Made by a program: the position numbers and the translations under genes. This document shows, piece after piece, positions 18,591 through 28,190 of a stretch of 64,000 nucleotides of DNA. Each line of letters begins with the position of its first letter. Position 1 is the stretch's first letter. The stretch comes from a bacterium (GTDB taxonomy: Bacteria; 4484-113; JAFGCY01). The notes beneath the pieces are model-generated. The model saw only the letters and a program-made list of their open reading frames with translations, searched no databases and was not told where the DNA came from. The stretch is taken from assembly GCA_041395205.1 (NCBI GenBank), contig JAWLAZ010000002.1, positions 589,686 to 653,685 of the forward strand, given 5' to 3'.

Positions 18591-19382
18591 TCAGGGCTCG
18601 CGCGTAGCCCCGCCCAGTTTCCACTGCCCGGCCATGAAGTCCGCGCTGCGCAGGCTGCTGCCCGCCAGGCTGGCCACATGCCGGCGTGTGAACTCCAGCA
18701 GCAGGCGTACATCCTCCGGGCCGCAGGGCTCTTCAGGATAGTCCAGCAGCGGGCGCGACTGCAGCCGCCGCCAGCTGCGCAGGCGTTCCCGGCTGATGCG
18801 GATCAGCCCGTACTCCGGCATCCCGCGCTGCAGCACCCCGGCATCCAGCAGGCCCTCGAAGGATGGCCGGCAGAATACGTCGCCCTCCAGCGGCTCGCCG
18901 CTCTCCTCATCATGGAACAGGTCCGGCAGCATGCCGTGCAGGCCGAGGAAGCGGATGCAGAATACGCAGGCCAGCGCGCAGCGCGCCTCCGCTGCGGGCT
19001 CGGAGCGCAGCAGGTTGACAACCAGCCTGTAGCCGTCGGCATTGCTGCCCTCATCGGCACTGGCGAGCCAGGAGCATTCCAGCATGAACCAGTAGAGCGA
19101 AAGCAGCTGCAGGTCCTGCTGCCAGTTGCGATGCTCGCGCCGGCTGCTGGCCCCGGTGAGGATCAGCATCCCACCTCCGCGTCCGGCGGCGGCGCTGATC
19201 TGCAGTTCGTCGGCGGGCTTGAGCTGGCCGGCGAGCTTGCTGCCGGGACGGCGCAGGCCGCGGGCCAGCAGGTTCAGTGCGCCATGCCCCGGGGTGAAGA
19301 GCCGCACGAGGCTGTCCGCCTCACCGCGCGGCAGGCTGCCCACGAGCAGGGCCGCTTCACTGCTGATCCCGCCTGGGGACAC
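18591..19382 (-). CDS. recO: DNA repair protein RecO
   Basis: RecO N-terminal OB-fold pattern (LPRGEADSLVRLFTPGHG...ARGLRR) and a Cys-containing C-terminal domain (CALACVFC). Confidence 0.7.
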   Translation of the reverse strand: MSPGGISSEAALLVGSLPRGEADSLVRLFTPGHGALNLLARGLRRPGSKLAGQLKPADELQISAAAGRGGGMLILTGASSRREHRNWQQDLQLLSLYWFMLECSWLASADEGSNADGYRLVVNLLRSEPAAEARCALACVFCIRFLGLHGMLPDLFHDEESGEPLEGDVFCRPSFEGLLDAGVLQRGMPEYGLIRISRERLRSWRRLQSRPLLDYPEEPCGPEDVRLLLEFTRRHVASLAGSSLRSADFMAGQWKLGGATREP

Positions 19383-19467
19383 GCCTGAATCATATCAGGC
19401 TGCGCAACCCCCTCGTTTCGGCTGCCAATCCTGCCTGGGGGTGTTTCACTGCGGGGCCGGTTCACTG

Positions 19468-19473
19468 TATAAT
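19468..19473 (+). promoter_or_regulatory. candidate -10 box (TATAAT) for the dockerin/cohesin gene
   Basis: TATAAT lies 18 nt after a TTTCAC -35-like hexamer and ~60 nt upstream of the GTG start at 19535. Confidence 0.3.
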
Positions 19474-19534
19474 CGGTGTGGGCTGGCTGTATTCGTTCCC
19501 ACGACTGCGGCTACTACTGGAAGGAGAAATCCCC

Positions 19535-21169
19535 GTGCGCATTTCATCTGTGAACATCGCCACGCTGCTGCTCGCCGCAATCCTGCTGGGCGCCTGCGCT
19601 GGCAATCCGGGCCTGCAGTCCGCAGCGCAGGACGGCAATGCTGAACTCGGCTATGCCAACTGGCAGCCGCAGCAGTCGATGGACCCCGTGCAGTCGCTGG
19701 ACGGCGCACTGCGCAGCAGTGCCGGCCTGCAGGCCGGTGGCTTCAGGCTCACGGCACTCGACAGCGGCAACTATCCGGACAGCCAGGTGCAGTCCGCCCT
19801 GCGCATGCAGCGCAGCGGAGACACCCTGCAGATCAGCAGCAATGTGCCGCTGGCGAGCGCCATGCTCTATCTGCAGAGCAGCACGGGCAGCGAGCACGTG
19901 CAGCAGGTCAGCTTCGGCGATCCCGCCGGCGTTGCCATCAGTGCTGAGCTGGACAACGGTGTGCAGGCCATCGGCCTGACCGGCCGCAACGGGGCCCTGC
20001 TCCCGGCCGGCAGCGTGCTTGCGAGCGTGGAGCTGGCTCCCGGAGCCGCTGCAGCCAGCCGCAGCGTGAAGGCCATTGACGCCGTCAACAACCGCGTGGG
20101 CCTGGTGGATCAGCAGAAGCTGATCGCCCAGGACAACGGCGAGGCGCTGGCCACCCTCACCTGGCGTGAGCGCTGCACCGGTGACTACGACATCAACGGT
20201 GTCGTGACCATCGCCGACATCACGCCGCTGGGCATCAACCTCAACAAGAGCTATGACAAGGAAGACCCTGACGCCTCCCCCAAGGTCGAGGTGGCGGACG
20301 GCGACTGGAACGGCCTGATCACGCTTGCGGACATCACGCCGATCGGCCAGAACATCGGCACGCAGATCGTCGGCTACGACGTCTACCGCACGACCCTCAG
20401 CGATGTCTCGGAGGATCCGACCCCGGATGTCAAGGACGCGCGCTGGTCGAAGATCGAGAATGCCAGCGATCCCGGCCTGCCGAGCGCCCCGCGCTCCGGT
20501 GCCCCGGTTACGGGTTCGCGCCTGACCTACACCTTCCTTGACAACACGATTCCCGACAGCGGCGGCAGCTATGCCTGGGCCGTGCTGCCGATCGCCGCGC
20601 AGGACCAGACACCGCGCGAGGGCCCGGTCAGCAACATCGCCAAGAGCGGCGTGAGCGCCAAGGGTGCGCCGGTGGACATCGTGATCCAGGATCCGGCCGG
20701 CAGCAGCCTGACGCTTGGCGACGAATTCTGGGTGGCGGTGCGCATCAGCGACGTGATCGGCCTGTTCAGCGCCAACATGCGCCTTGAGTACGACTCCAGC
20801 CTGCTGGAGGTCGTGGAGGTGGACACGGCGGACCAGATCCTGCCGGACTACGTGGACGGCGCCTTCAGCGGTGTGAACCTGCTGGTCGACCCGCTGTTCA
20901 TCGGGATTGACAACGTCGCTCCGGCTGACAGCCCCTACGTGCTGCTGGGCTTCAATGACACCCAGAAGCAGGGCACGCCGGTCGTGGACGGCAGTGGCAA
21001 CGTGGGCTACATCAAGTTCCGCGCCATCGCCGAGGGCAGCAATGCCGAGGCGGTGCGCTGGCCGCAGAGCTCGACCTTCATCCTGATGTGGGGTGAGGAA
21101 TTCGGCGTGCCGGCGGTGAACCCGATCCTCGGCCCGCCGCTGGATATCACGGTCGGCCCGGCGAGCTAG
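19535..21169 (+). CDS. secreted lipoprotein with two dockerin-like Ca-binding repeats and a C-terminal cohesin-like domain
   Basis: Probable GTG start at 19535 with a GGAAGGAG RBS; the upstream ATG at 19478 adds an implausible leader. Signal and lipobox LLGACAG. Dockerin-like loops are DYDINGVVTIADITPLG and DGDWNGLITLADITPIG. The C-terminus GAPVDIVIQDPAGSSLTLGDEFWVAVRISDV...LEYDSSLLEVVEV resembles cohesin modules. Confidence 0.65.
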   Translation: MRISSVNIATLLLAAILLGACAGNPGLQSAAQDGNAELGYANWQPQQSMDPVQSLDGALRSSAGLQAGGFRLTALDSGNYPDSQVQSALRMQRSGDTLQISSNVPLASAMLYLQSSTGSEHVQQVSFGDPAGVAISAELDNGVQAIGLTGRNGALLPAGSVLASVELAPGAAAASRSVKAIDAVNNRVGLVDQQKLIAQDNGEALATLTWRERCTGDYDINGVVTIADITPLGINLNKSYDKEDPDASPKVEVADGDWNGLITLADITPIGQNIGTQIVGYDVYRTTLSDVSEDPTPDVKDARWSKIENASDPGLPSAPRSGAPVTGSRLTYTFLDNTIPDSGGSYAWAVLPIAAQDQTPREGPVSNIAKSGVSAKGAPVDIVIQDPAGSSLTLGDEFWVAVRISDVIGLFSANMRLEYDSSLLEVVEVDTADQILPDYVDGAFSGVNLLVDPLFIGIDNVAPADSPYVLLGFNDTQKQGTPVVDGSGNVGYIKFRAIAEGSNAEAVRWPQSSTFILMWGEEFGVPAVNPILGPPLDITVGPAS

Positions 21170-22320
21170 GGCGGGAGGCCCGATGTAAGTCGAGGCGAGA
21201 GAGCTCCGGCTTCAGCCGGAGTGGAGGCCCGATGTAAGTCGGGCGACACGATTGCACGGAGGAGGCTACGGCCCTCCTCTTTTTGATGGCTGCGCTGAGC
21301 GCGCTGCGCGCGAGCAGCGTAGTGTGCATGAGCGGTTTTCTCGCAGAGGCGCAGGCAGAGTTCGGTCCAGCCTATGGAATGCAAGTATTCTTTCTCGCCG
21401 GCAGCGCCGGTATGCTGGTTGCTGCAATGATTTCGAGTCCCTGCGTACTGGTCTCTGAACAATCCCGCTGCATCCCTATGCCCACTGCCAATTTGACAAT
21501 GTACCGGCGCGGCCGCGGTGGGAAAAGCGCCCCGGTTTGCGTTAGCGGAACATGGAACCAGATTTTTCGGAGCCTGCCTCGTGTTTGATTGCACGGAGGA
21601 GGGCTACGGCCCTCCTCTATTTTGGGATGGCTGGCGCTGAGCCGCGCTGCGCGCGAGCAGCGTAGTGCTCGCATGAGCGGTTTTCCTGGCGCAGAGGCGC
21701 AGAGGCGCAGAGTTTTCTGGTCCAGCCTATTTGGAATGGCAGATCGATTCGCAGCATTCCCTTTCAAGCGCTGCGGGGCAGCGCCGGTACTGCTGGTTGC
21801 TGCAATGATTTCTGACTATAGTCCTCTGCGTACTCTGCGGCTCTCTGCGTTGAACAATCCCGCTGCATCCCTATGCTCCAGCATTGCCAATTTGGATAAT
21901 GTACCGGCGCGGCCCCGCCGCGATTGGGAGAAAGCGCCCCGAAGTTTGCGTTGCCAGCGGAACATGGAACCAAATTGATTTTCTCTGTGAGCTCTGTGCC
22001 TCTGTGTTTGATCAGCACATCTGCATCCCTGCCTTGTTGCCGTTCGAGCTTAGCGAGCCGCGCTGCGCGCGAGAAGGGCATTGCTCGCATGGAAAGCAAA
22101 TCAAACACAGAGTCTCAGAGGGCACAGAGTTTTCTGGTCCAGCCAAATTGGAATTGCAGATCGCTTCGCAGCATTCCCTTTCAAGCGCTGCGGGGCAGCG
22201 CCGGTACAGCTGCCTGTTGTCCATGGTTTCTGACTATAGTCCTCTGCGTACTCTGCGCCTCTGCGTTGAACAATCCCGCTGCATCCCTGCCTGGCAGCCG
22301 CCTGTTCCCTTCCCTATAAT
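21170..22320. repeat. REPIN-like composite repeat region (divergent copies of the CACAGAG / GGCAATGCGCACTTCGCGGC / CGCCGGTAC family)
   Basis: Internal ~330-bp direct duplications (21252-21580 vs 21589-21960, and 21700-21900 vs 22120-22320). Contains CTCTGCG heptad runs, the TTGAACAATCCCGCTGCATCCCT motif, and the ACCGGCGCGGCCCCGCCGCGATTGGGAG REP core. Confidence 0.7.
21258..21285 (+). terminator. rho-independent terminator (hairpin plus T5) embedded in a repeated module
   Basis: GGAGGAGG-ctacggc-CCTCCTC followed by TTTTT. The same module recurs at ~21589-21620. Confidence 0.55.
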
Positions 22321-22326
22321 CTCAGT

Positions 22327-22587
22327 ATGGCGAAAGTATCCGTATTCCAGGCCGTTTCCGAATTCCAGGCGCTGACCATCCGCGACATGCTGGATGAAAA
22401 CGGCCTGCCCTGCATGATCCGCTCGGACCAGACCGCCGGCTACAACTTCACGCCGCGCGCCTTCTACGGTGAGATCCTCGTCTTCGAGGAGGATGAGGAC
22501 CGCGCCCGCGAACTGATCGGAGGCTTCATGGGCACGCTCGGACAGCTCGCGGAATATCAGACCACTGACGAGGATGTGGATCAGTGA
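22327..22587 (+). CDS. DUF2007-family small protein (putative signal-transducing domain)
   Basis: MAKVSVFQAVSEFQALTIRDMLDENGLPCMIRSD...ILVFEEDEDRARELI fits the DUF2007 pattern. A TATAAT sits at 22308-22313. Confidence 0.55.
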   Translation: MAKVSVFQAVSEFQALTIRDMLDENGLPCMIRSDQTAGYNFTPRAFYGEILVFEEDEDRARELIGGFMGTLGQLAEYQTTDEDVDQ

Positions 22588-23405
22588 GAGGCATTCCGGC
22601 AATCAGCATCCTGGCCTGCCTGCTGGGTCTCACTGCCTGCCCGCAGGGCGGAGGCGGTGCTACCCGCACTGAATCAGCAGTGGGATCCACGCCTGACAGT
22701 TCTCACTCCCCTGCTGAGACACATGCCCCTGCTCCGGATGCCGTGCCGGATCCCGCACATGACGAACCCGTTGCCAATCCCTGTGAGACTGCGAGCGCGG
22801 ACACAGCCCCGGCGGATGGCCTGGGCCTGCCGATGCGCGGCGTGGCCCGCCGCCAGGATGGCGGCCTGCGCTTCCTGCCCTGTCACAGCCCGCTGCTTTT
22901 GGACCTCGTGGACGGCAGCGGAGAGCTGGCGGGCCTGCTCGATGAATTCGGCACGGACCTCTACGTGCAGTTCAGCGGGCTGGCGAATGGCAACGTGGTG
23001 GAACTCAGGCGACTGTGGCGCGCGGCCAGCGTCAATGAGACGATCGGCTGCCGCGAGGACCAGAGCGGCCTGCTCTACCTGATGCGCGGCAATGAACCCT
23101 TCTGGGGGGCGGAGGTCCGCGAGAGCCGGGTGATCGCCCTGCTGAGGCCCGCTGACGACGGCAGCGGCATCAGCGAGCGCCTGTTCGACATCGTGGAGGA
23201 TGAAGCCCTCGACAGCGGCCGGCTGTTCATTGCCAGCGCGCAGGAGGATGGCACGACCCTTGAACTGCGCCTGACGGAAAGCCCCTGCCGCGACAGCATG
23301 GCCGGGGACTGGTTCGGGATGCAGGCGCGGCTCAGCGTCGGCGGCAGCGAGTTCAGCGGCTGCGCCTGGCCCGGCGAGGCCCGGGTCTTCGGAGCGGAAC
23401 AGTGA
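22584..23405 (+). CDS. lipoprotein of unknown function
   Basis: Signal plus lipobox LLGLTAC. The start overlaps the upstream stop by 4 nt. No recognisable catalytic motifs. Confidence 0.5.
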   Translation: MRGIPAISILACLLGLTACPQGGGGATRTESAVGSTPDSSHSPAETHAPAPDAVPDPAHDEPVANPCETASADTAPADGLGLPMRGVARRQDGGLRFLPCHSPLLLDLVDGSGELAGLLDEFGTDLYVQFSGLANGNVVELRRLWRAASVNETIGCREDQSGLLYLMRGNEPFWGAEVRESRVIALLRPADDGSGISERLFDIVEDEALDSGRLFIASAQEDGTTLELRLTESPCRDSMAGDWFGMQARLSVGGSEFSGCAWPGEARVFGAEQ

Positions 23406-24043
23406 AGGAGCTGCTTGGCAATCTGTTCATCGTGGAACCCAGCAAGGCGACTGCGCTGAAGTATATCTCATTCCTCGTCAAACGCAGGGGTGGCAACCTG
23501 CTCTTCCCCTGCTTCTCCAACCAGTCCACGATCACGGAGCGCTTCGCCGAGCTGGATGCAATGGGCGGCGTCAGCATGCAGCTGCTGGGCGATAGCCATT
23601 TCCGCACCGCGCACTGCGATGAGGTCAGCGCGCATTTCGGCTGCAGCCTGCACTGCAGTGAGGCCGAGCGCGAGGCGGTGGAGCAGAAGTGCGTAAACGT
23701 CACAGCCTTTCCCTTTGAGCGGCACAGGCTGGCAGCGGACATCGAGGCCATCCCGACTCCCGGCCACCGGCCCGGCGGGGTCTGCTACCTCGTGAAGCTG
23801 GCGGCGGGCCGCGTGCTGTTCGCCGGGGATGCACTCTGGCACGACGGCACGGGATGGCGCAGCTACCCCTCCAGCAAGGGGCGCAGGCAGCTGATTGCCA
23901 GCTTCACTGCGCTGCAGGATATCCCGTTTGACTACCTCACCTGCAATACGAAGGTGCAGGACCAGGCAGCCTGCCTGCTGGAGCTGAAGGATGATTGGCA
24001 GCGCCGGGCCTTCCTGGATGAGCAGATCGCACTGATCAGCTGA
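23402..24043 (+). CDS. metallo-beta-lactamase-fold-like protein, apparently degenerate
   Basis: Has the TPGHRPGG and GDALWHDG motifs of the MBL fold, but no canonical HxHxDH (SHFRTAHCDE instead). Translationally coupled to the upstream lipoprotein gene. Confidence 0.4.
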   Translation: MKELLGNLFIVEPSKATALKYISFLVKRRGGNLLFPCFSNQSTITERFAELDAMGGVSMQLLGDSHFRTAHCDEVSAHFGCSLHCSEAEREAVEQKCVNVTAFPFERHRLAADIEAIPTPGHRPGGVCYLVKLAAGRVLFAGDALWHDGTGWRSYPSSKGRRQLIASFTALQDIPFDYLTCNTKVQDQAACLLELKDDWQRRAFLDEQIALIS

Positions 24044-24054
24044 GTGCTGCCGGC

Positions 24055-24627
24055 CTAGTTGTGGCCGGACTTGATGCGCATGTAGACCGCCTGCAGGATC
24101 GCGAATTCCTCCTCGGTGATCACGCTGCTTTCGTCGGCGATCAGGCGCAGCACGCTGCCGGCCTTGTCCTGCACCACTCCGGCGCGCTGGCAGTCCCGCC
24201 CGCTGAATTCGCCGCTGAAGCTGTAGCGCAGGCCTTCGGCATCACTGTAGGTGTAGTCAATTTCGTCCCAGGACCAGTTGCGGCCCTCGACGCTGCCCTG
24301 CCCCTCGCTGATCTCCGCGCCCGTGAAGCTGAAGGCCTGGCCATCCAGCTCATAGCTGTATTCCCATTCGCGCAGGCTCGACACATCCTCGCCGACCCAG
24401 CTCATGTAGTGCTCCACGAAGCGCTGCTCCGCGGGGTAGCAGGTGCGCTGGCAGATGTACTGGCGCTCCTCCAGCAGCTTGCCGGTGGGCGACATGCTGC
24501 GGATCTTGCCGGAGATGTGCACTCCGAAGATGCGCGTGGCGGCGGACTGGCCCGGGCCGTTCTGGGCCAGGGCGAGGCTGCAGGCCGTCAGCAGCCAGAG
24601 CCCGATGCAGATCAAAAATCCCCTCAT
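24055..24627 (-). CDS. secreted protein, tandem paralog A
   Basis: Start trimmed to MRGFLICIGLWLLTACSLALA (ATG at 24627) from the longer ORF 24055-24786. Shares length and C-terminal motifs with the adjacent 24668-25249 gene. Confidence 0.5.
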   Translation of the reverse strand: MRGFLICIGLWLLTACSLALAQNGPGQSAATRIFGVHISGKIRSMSPTGKLLEERQYICQRTCYPAEQRFVEHYMSWVGEDVSSLREWEYSYELDGQAFSFTGAEISEGQGSVEGRNWSWDEIDYTYSDAEGLRYSFSGEFSGRDCQRAGVVQDKAGSVLRLIADESSVITEEEFAILQAVYMRIKSGHN

Positions 24628-24667
24628 ATGCAAGTGATAGCAGAAATAGCCCGGCCCCGCAATCCCC

Positions 24668-25249
24668 TCAGCTGCGCGAAATGTTGCCACTGAGCGCGGC
24701 CCAGCGTGTGAGCATCGCAGCGTACTGCTCCTCATCCAGGCGGCTGCCGTCCTCGATGATGTAGACGAGGATCCGCCCGCTGGCATCCTCGATGCGGGTT
24801 TCGCGGTGCAGCCCGGTTCCCTCCAGGCGCAGCGTGCCCTCCACGCTCAGCCCGTCCGCCGCGGCAGGACTGACATAACGCTCATAATCCCAGGCCCAGT
24901 CCGCGCCGCCGAGCACGCCGCTGCGCTCCGCTTCACCCTCCGGGCCGGGCATACTGAATTCGCTGCCGCTGACCATGAGTTCAGTTTCGAAGCTGCGGCA
25001 GATCCCACCCGGTTCCAGCAGGCTGAGCTGTTCACGGATCAGACCCGCTGCGGGGTCCAGCGTGCGTGTCAGCAGGAATTCGGATTCGAGGAAGAGGTGG
25101 CTTGCGGGAATGTTCGTGCGCAGCCGTCCGCTGTAGTAATCAGTGCGGGGCTGCAGCGGCTCAGTGGCGGCGCTGCCGCCCAGTGCCAGCACGCAGAGCG
25201 CCAGCAGGGCGCAGCATAGATGTACCTTCCATGGCAGTAAGCGTTCCAT
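24668..25249 (-). CDS. secreted protein, tandem paralog B
   Basis: Signal peptide MERLLPWKVHLCCALLALCVLALGGSAA. Similar architecture to paralog A (C-terminal EEQYAAML vs EEEFAILQ blocks). Confidence 0.5.
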   Translation of the reverse strand: MERLLPWKVHLCCALLALCVLALGGSAATEPLQPRTDYYSGRLRTNIPASHLFLESEFLLTRTLDPAAGLIREQLSLLEPGGICRSFETELMVSGSEFSMPGPEGEAERSGVLGGADWAWDYERYVSPAAADGLSVEGTLRLEGTGLHRETRIEDASGRILVYIIEDGSRLDEEQYAAMLTRWAALSGNISRS

Positions 25250-25329
25250 GCAACCTCTGCAGAAAGGCTAACCGCCGGGAACTGACACTCAGTACTGAAG
25301 CAGGGCAAGCTATGGTGAAACCGGGCGGC

Positions 25330-26244
25330 CTAGCCCATCCGCTCGCGCAGCCAGGAGCTGCCCCAGTCGAGGATCGTGACCGCCACGAGGATGATCAGGA
25401 AGCAGGTGCTGGCCTTCTGGTACTGGAACAGGCGGATGTACTGATCCAAGAGGAAGCCGATCCCGCCCGCGCCGACGATGCCGAGGATGATCGACATGCG
25501 GATGTTGATGTCCCAGCGGTAGAGCGAGAAGGCCACGAACTGCGGCAGCACCTGCGGCAGGATGCCGAACCAGACGATCAGGTTGTTGCTGGCACCGGTG
25601 GCGCGCACGGCCTCCACGGGGGCGAGGTCCACGCTTTCGATGGCCTCGCTGAACAGCTTGCCGAGCATCCCGATGCTGTGCAGGGCGAGGGCCAGCACGC
25701 CGGGGAAGGGCCCGGGACCGACCATGAACACGAAGATGATCGCGAGGATGATCGGCGGGAAGGCGCGCAGCACATTGAAGATGAAGCGCACGGAGTTGTA
25801 GGCGATCTGCCCGGACACGCTGCCCTTCGTCAGGTTGCGCGCGGCGAGGAATGACAGGGGGAAACTCAGCAGCACCGAGAGCAGGGTGCCGACAAGGCTC
25901 ATCATCACGGTCTCATTCATTTCGTCGAGCAGCACGGGCACGGTGCCGGGCTTGGGCTGGCCGGTCTTGCGGCTGAGCACGACCTCGCCCCCGGCATCGC
26001 GCTCCACCCAGGAGAAGTCCGGATGCGCGAGATCGTACATTACGCGCTTGATGTCCTTGCCGCCGCTGATCAGCGTATAGAGGTTGAACTCGGTGCGCTG
26101 GAAACTGGCAATCAGGTAGACGAGGAAGAGCGCGGTCAAGGTCCACTTCAGCCCGGTCCAGAGCGAGTCACGCAGCGTGCGCGGCTTCTGCGGCGGGATG
26201 ATGCGCGCGGCCGGCTGGGGAGGCAGCTGCTCAGAAGTCGGCAT
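25330..26244 (-). CDS. phnE: phosphonate ABC transporter permease
   Basis: EAIESVDLAPVEAVRATGASNNLIVWFGILPQVLPQFVAFSLYRWDINIRMSIILGIVGAGGIG is the PhnE-type permease signature. Confidence 0.8.
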   Translation of the reverse strand: MPTSEQLPPQPAARIIPPQKPRTLRDSLWTGLKWTLTALFLVYLIASFQRTEFNLYTLISGGKDIKRVMYDLAHPDFSWVERDAGGEVVLSRKTGQPKPGTVPVLLDEMNETVMMSLVGTLLSVLLSFPLSFLAARNLTKGSVSGQIAYNSVRFIFNVLRAFPPIILAIIFVFMVGPGPFPGVLALALHSIGMLGKLFSEAIESVDLAPVEAVRATGASNNLIVWFGILPQVLPQFVAFSLYRWDINIRMSIILGIVGAGGIGFLLDQYIRLFQYQKASTCFLIILVAVTILDWGSSWLRERMG

Positions 26245-26989
26245 AGTGCTCCCCGTAGATCTCGCGCAGGACCTCGTCAGTCAGCTCGGCAGGCCGGCCC
26301 TCGAAGAACACGCGGCCCTGGCGGAAAGCGACGATGCGGTCGCCGTACTCCTTCGCCAGTGACACACTGTGCAGGTTGGCAATCATCGCGATCCCGTCCT
26401 CGCGACAGATGCGCACGGCGTGGTCCAGCACCACACGCGCCGTGGCCGGGTCCAGCGCGCTGACCGGTTCATCGGCGAGCAGCACGGCGGGCTGCTGGCA
26501 GAGTGCGCGGGCGATGGCCACCCGCTGCTGCTGGCCGCCGGAGAGTTCGCGCGGGCGCTTGTGCCACTGCTCGAGGATCTCCACGCGCGAGAGACAGCGC
26601 AGGGCCAGCTGCTTCTCCTCGTCGGTCCAGTGGTAGAACAGCCCGCGCCAGAGCCCGACCTGGCCGGCGCGGCCGATCAGCACATTGTTGAGCACGCTGA
26701 CGCGCGGCACCAGCCCGAAGCTCTGGAAGATCATCCCGACGCTGCGGCGCACGCGGCGGGCGTGCTCCGGCGAACTGTGAACTTCCTTCCCGCGGAACTG
26801 CACCGAGCCGTCGGTGGGCACGAGCAGGCCGTTTAAGCAACGCAAAAGCGTGGACTTGCCGGCACCCGAGCGGCCGATCACGCTCACGACCTCGCCGGGG
26901 CGGATGTGGAAGTCCACCGAGTCGAGCGCGCGCGTGCCGTCGGGGTAGGTCAGGCCAAGGCCCGTGGTCTGGAAGACTGCATCACTCAA
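26231..26989 (-). CDS. phnC: phosphonate ABC transporter ATP-binding protein
   Basis: Walker A GRSGAGKST, ABC signature LSGGQQQRVAIARAL, and a PhnC-like N-terminus. Its end overlaps the phnE start by 14 nt. Confidence 0.85.
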   Translation of the reverse strand: MSDAVFQTTGLGLTYPDGTRALDSVDFHIRPGEVVSVIGRSGAGKSTLLRCLNGLLVPTDGSVQFRGKEVHSSPEHARRVRRSVGMIFQSFGLVPRVSVLNNVLIGRAGQVGLWRGLFYHWTDEEKQLALRCLSRVEILEQWHKRPRELSGGQQQRVAIARALCQQPAVLLADEPVSALDPATARVVLDHAVRICREDGIAMIANLHSVSLAKEYGDRIVAFRQGRVFFEGRPAELTDEVLREIYGEHYADF

Positions 26990-27895
26990 GGCAATGATTC
27001 TAGCGGGAGGAAGGAGGTCTGGCGCAAGCCAGGCGCGGAGCTGCGACGCCAGTCGCGGAATCTGGAGCAGGGAGTTGAAAACAGAAAGCAGGCTCGCCTG
27101 CGCTCGGGTGGCAACGAGACATGAATGAAGCGGTTCTGAAGATTAACCACAGAGATACAGAGATCACAGAGGAAATCCGGGGGATTCGATTACCCGTTGG
27201 CAATGCGCACTTCGCTGCATTCTTTCCCAGGCGTCGCGGGGCGCTGCCGGTACATGATCCGAATTGGCAATGAACGAAAATACATGAATACAGGAATTCT
27301 TTAACGCTATGGCGCGAAGCCGCGAAGGAAGATATGAGATGAGTTTCCCCATTTGAAGTCTGTACCGGCGTCGCCCTGCGACGCTAGAGAGGGATTGTCA
27401 CGAAGCAATCTGCAATTCCAGTTTTGCGGATTCAGAAACCTCTGTGCGCTCTGTGGCTCTGTGTTTGACATTTCTTCCATACTCGCTGCGCTCGGCTGGC
27501 AACGTGGCGGGGATGCAGCGGGTTTATTCAAACACAGAGGCGCAGAGATCACAGAGAAATTCAATTGGGGTCGGTGTTCCGTTGGCAATGCTTACTTCGC
27601 GGCGTGCTCTCCCAGGTGTCGCGGGGCGCGGCCGGTACACTTCTTCACGGTTCACGGTTCACGGTTCACTCTTCACGGTTCACGCTTCACGGTTCACGCT
27701 TCACCCCTGACACCCATTGCCGAGCTGGCGCTCGACCTCCAGATTGTGCGACATCAAGTGTCGCACCTCCCCGCTCGACCTCCAGATTGTGCGACAGCAA
27801 GTGTCGCACCTCCCCGCCAGACCTCCGACACACCGCTCAACAAAAAAGGGAGCGCCGCGGCGCTCCCTCAAGGTGGTTCGATGATCTGAACGGGC
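26990..27895. repeat. REPIN-like composite element (type-1 units in both orientations, then a (TTCACGG)n microsatellite and type-2 REP hairpins)
   Basis: AACCACAGAGATACAGAGATCACAGAG...GTTGGCAATGCGCACTTCGC...GCGTCGCGGGGCGCTGCCGGTAC at 27131-27253. An inverted copy starts TGTACCGGCGTCGCCCTGCGACGC at 27361. Tandem ttcacgg at 27641-27700. A 47-bp unit duplicated at 27721-27830 contains CCGAGCTGGCGCTCGACCTCC. Confidence 0.75.
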
Positions 27896-27898
27896 TGT

Positions 27899-28102
27899 CT
27901 AGCCGTCCACCTCGAAGGTGATCTTGCAGGTCACGCGGTACTTGGCGACCACGCCCTCCTTGACGGTGACGCTCTGGTCCTGGATCCAGGCACTCTTGAT
28001 GTTGCGGACGGTCTTGCTGGCGTGGTTCACGGCATTGCAGGCCGCGTCCTCCCAGCTCGTCTCGGAATCCGCCATGATCTCGACGACTTTCAGTATCTTC
28101 AT
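27899..28102 (-). CDS. dodecin-family (flavin-binding-like) small protein
   Basis: MKILKVVEIMADSETSWEDAACNAVNHASKTVRNIKSAWIQDQSVTVKEGVVAKYRVTCKITFEV matches the dodecin/DUF1458 pattern (about 68 aa). The longer ORF to 28171 is probably a leader artefact. Confidence 0.55.
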   Translation of the reverse strand: MKILKVVEIMADSETSWEDAACNAVNHASKTVRNIKSAWIQDQSVTVKEGVVAKYRVTCKITFEVDG

Positions 28103-28190
28103 CTGATCGCTCCTCGATTCGGGGACCTCGCAGCGGCCCCGTGTGATGACACAAATATAGCGTACCGCCATTTAACCAACGTTCAGTCGG

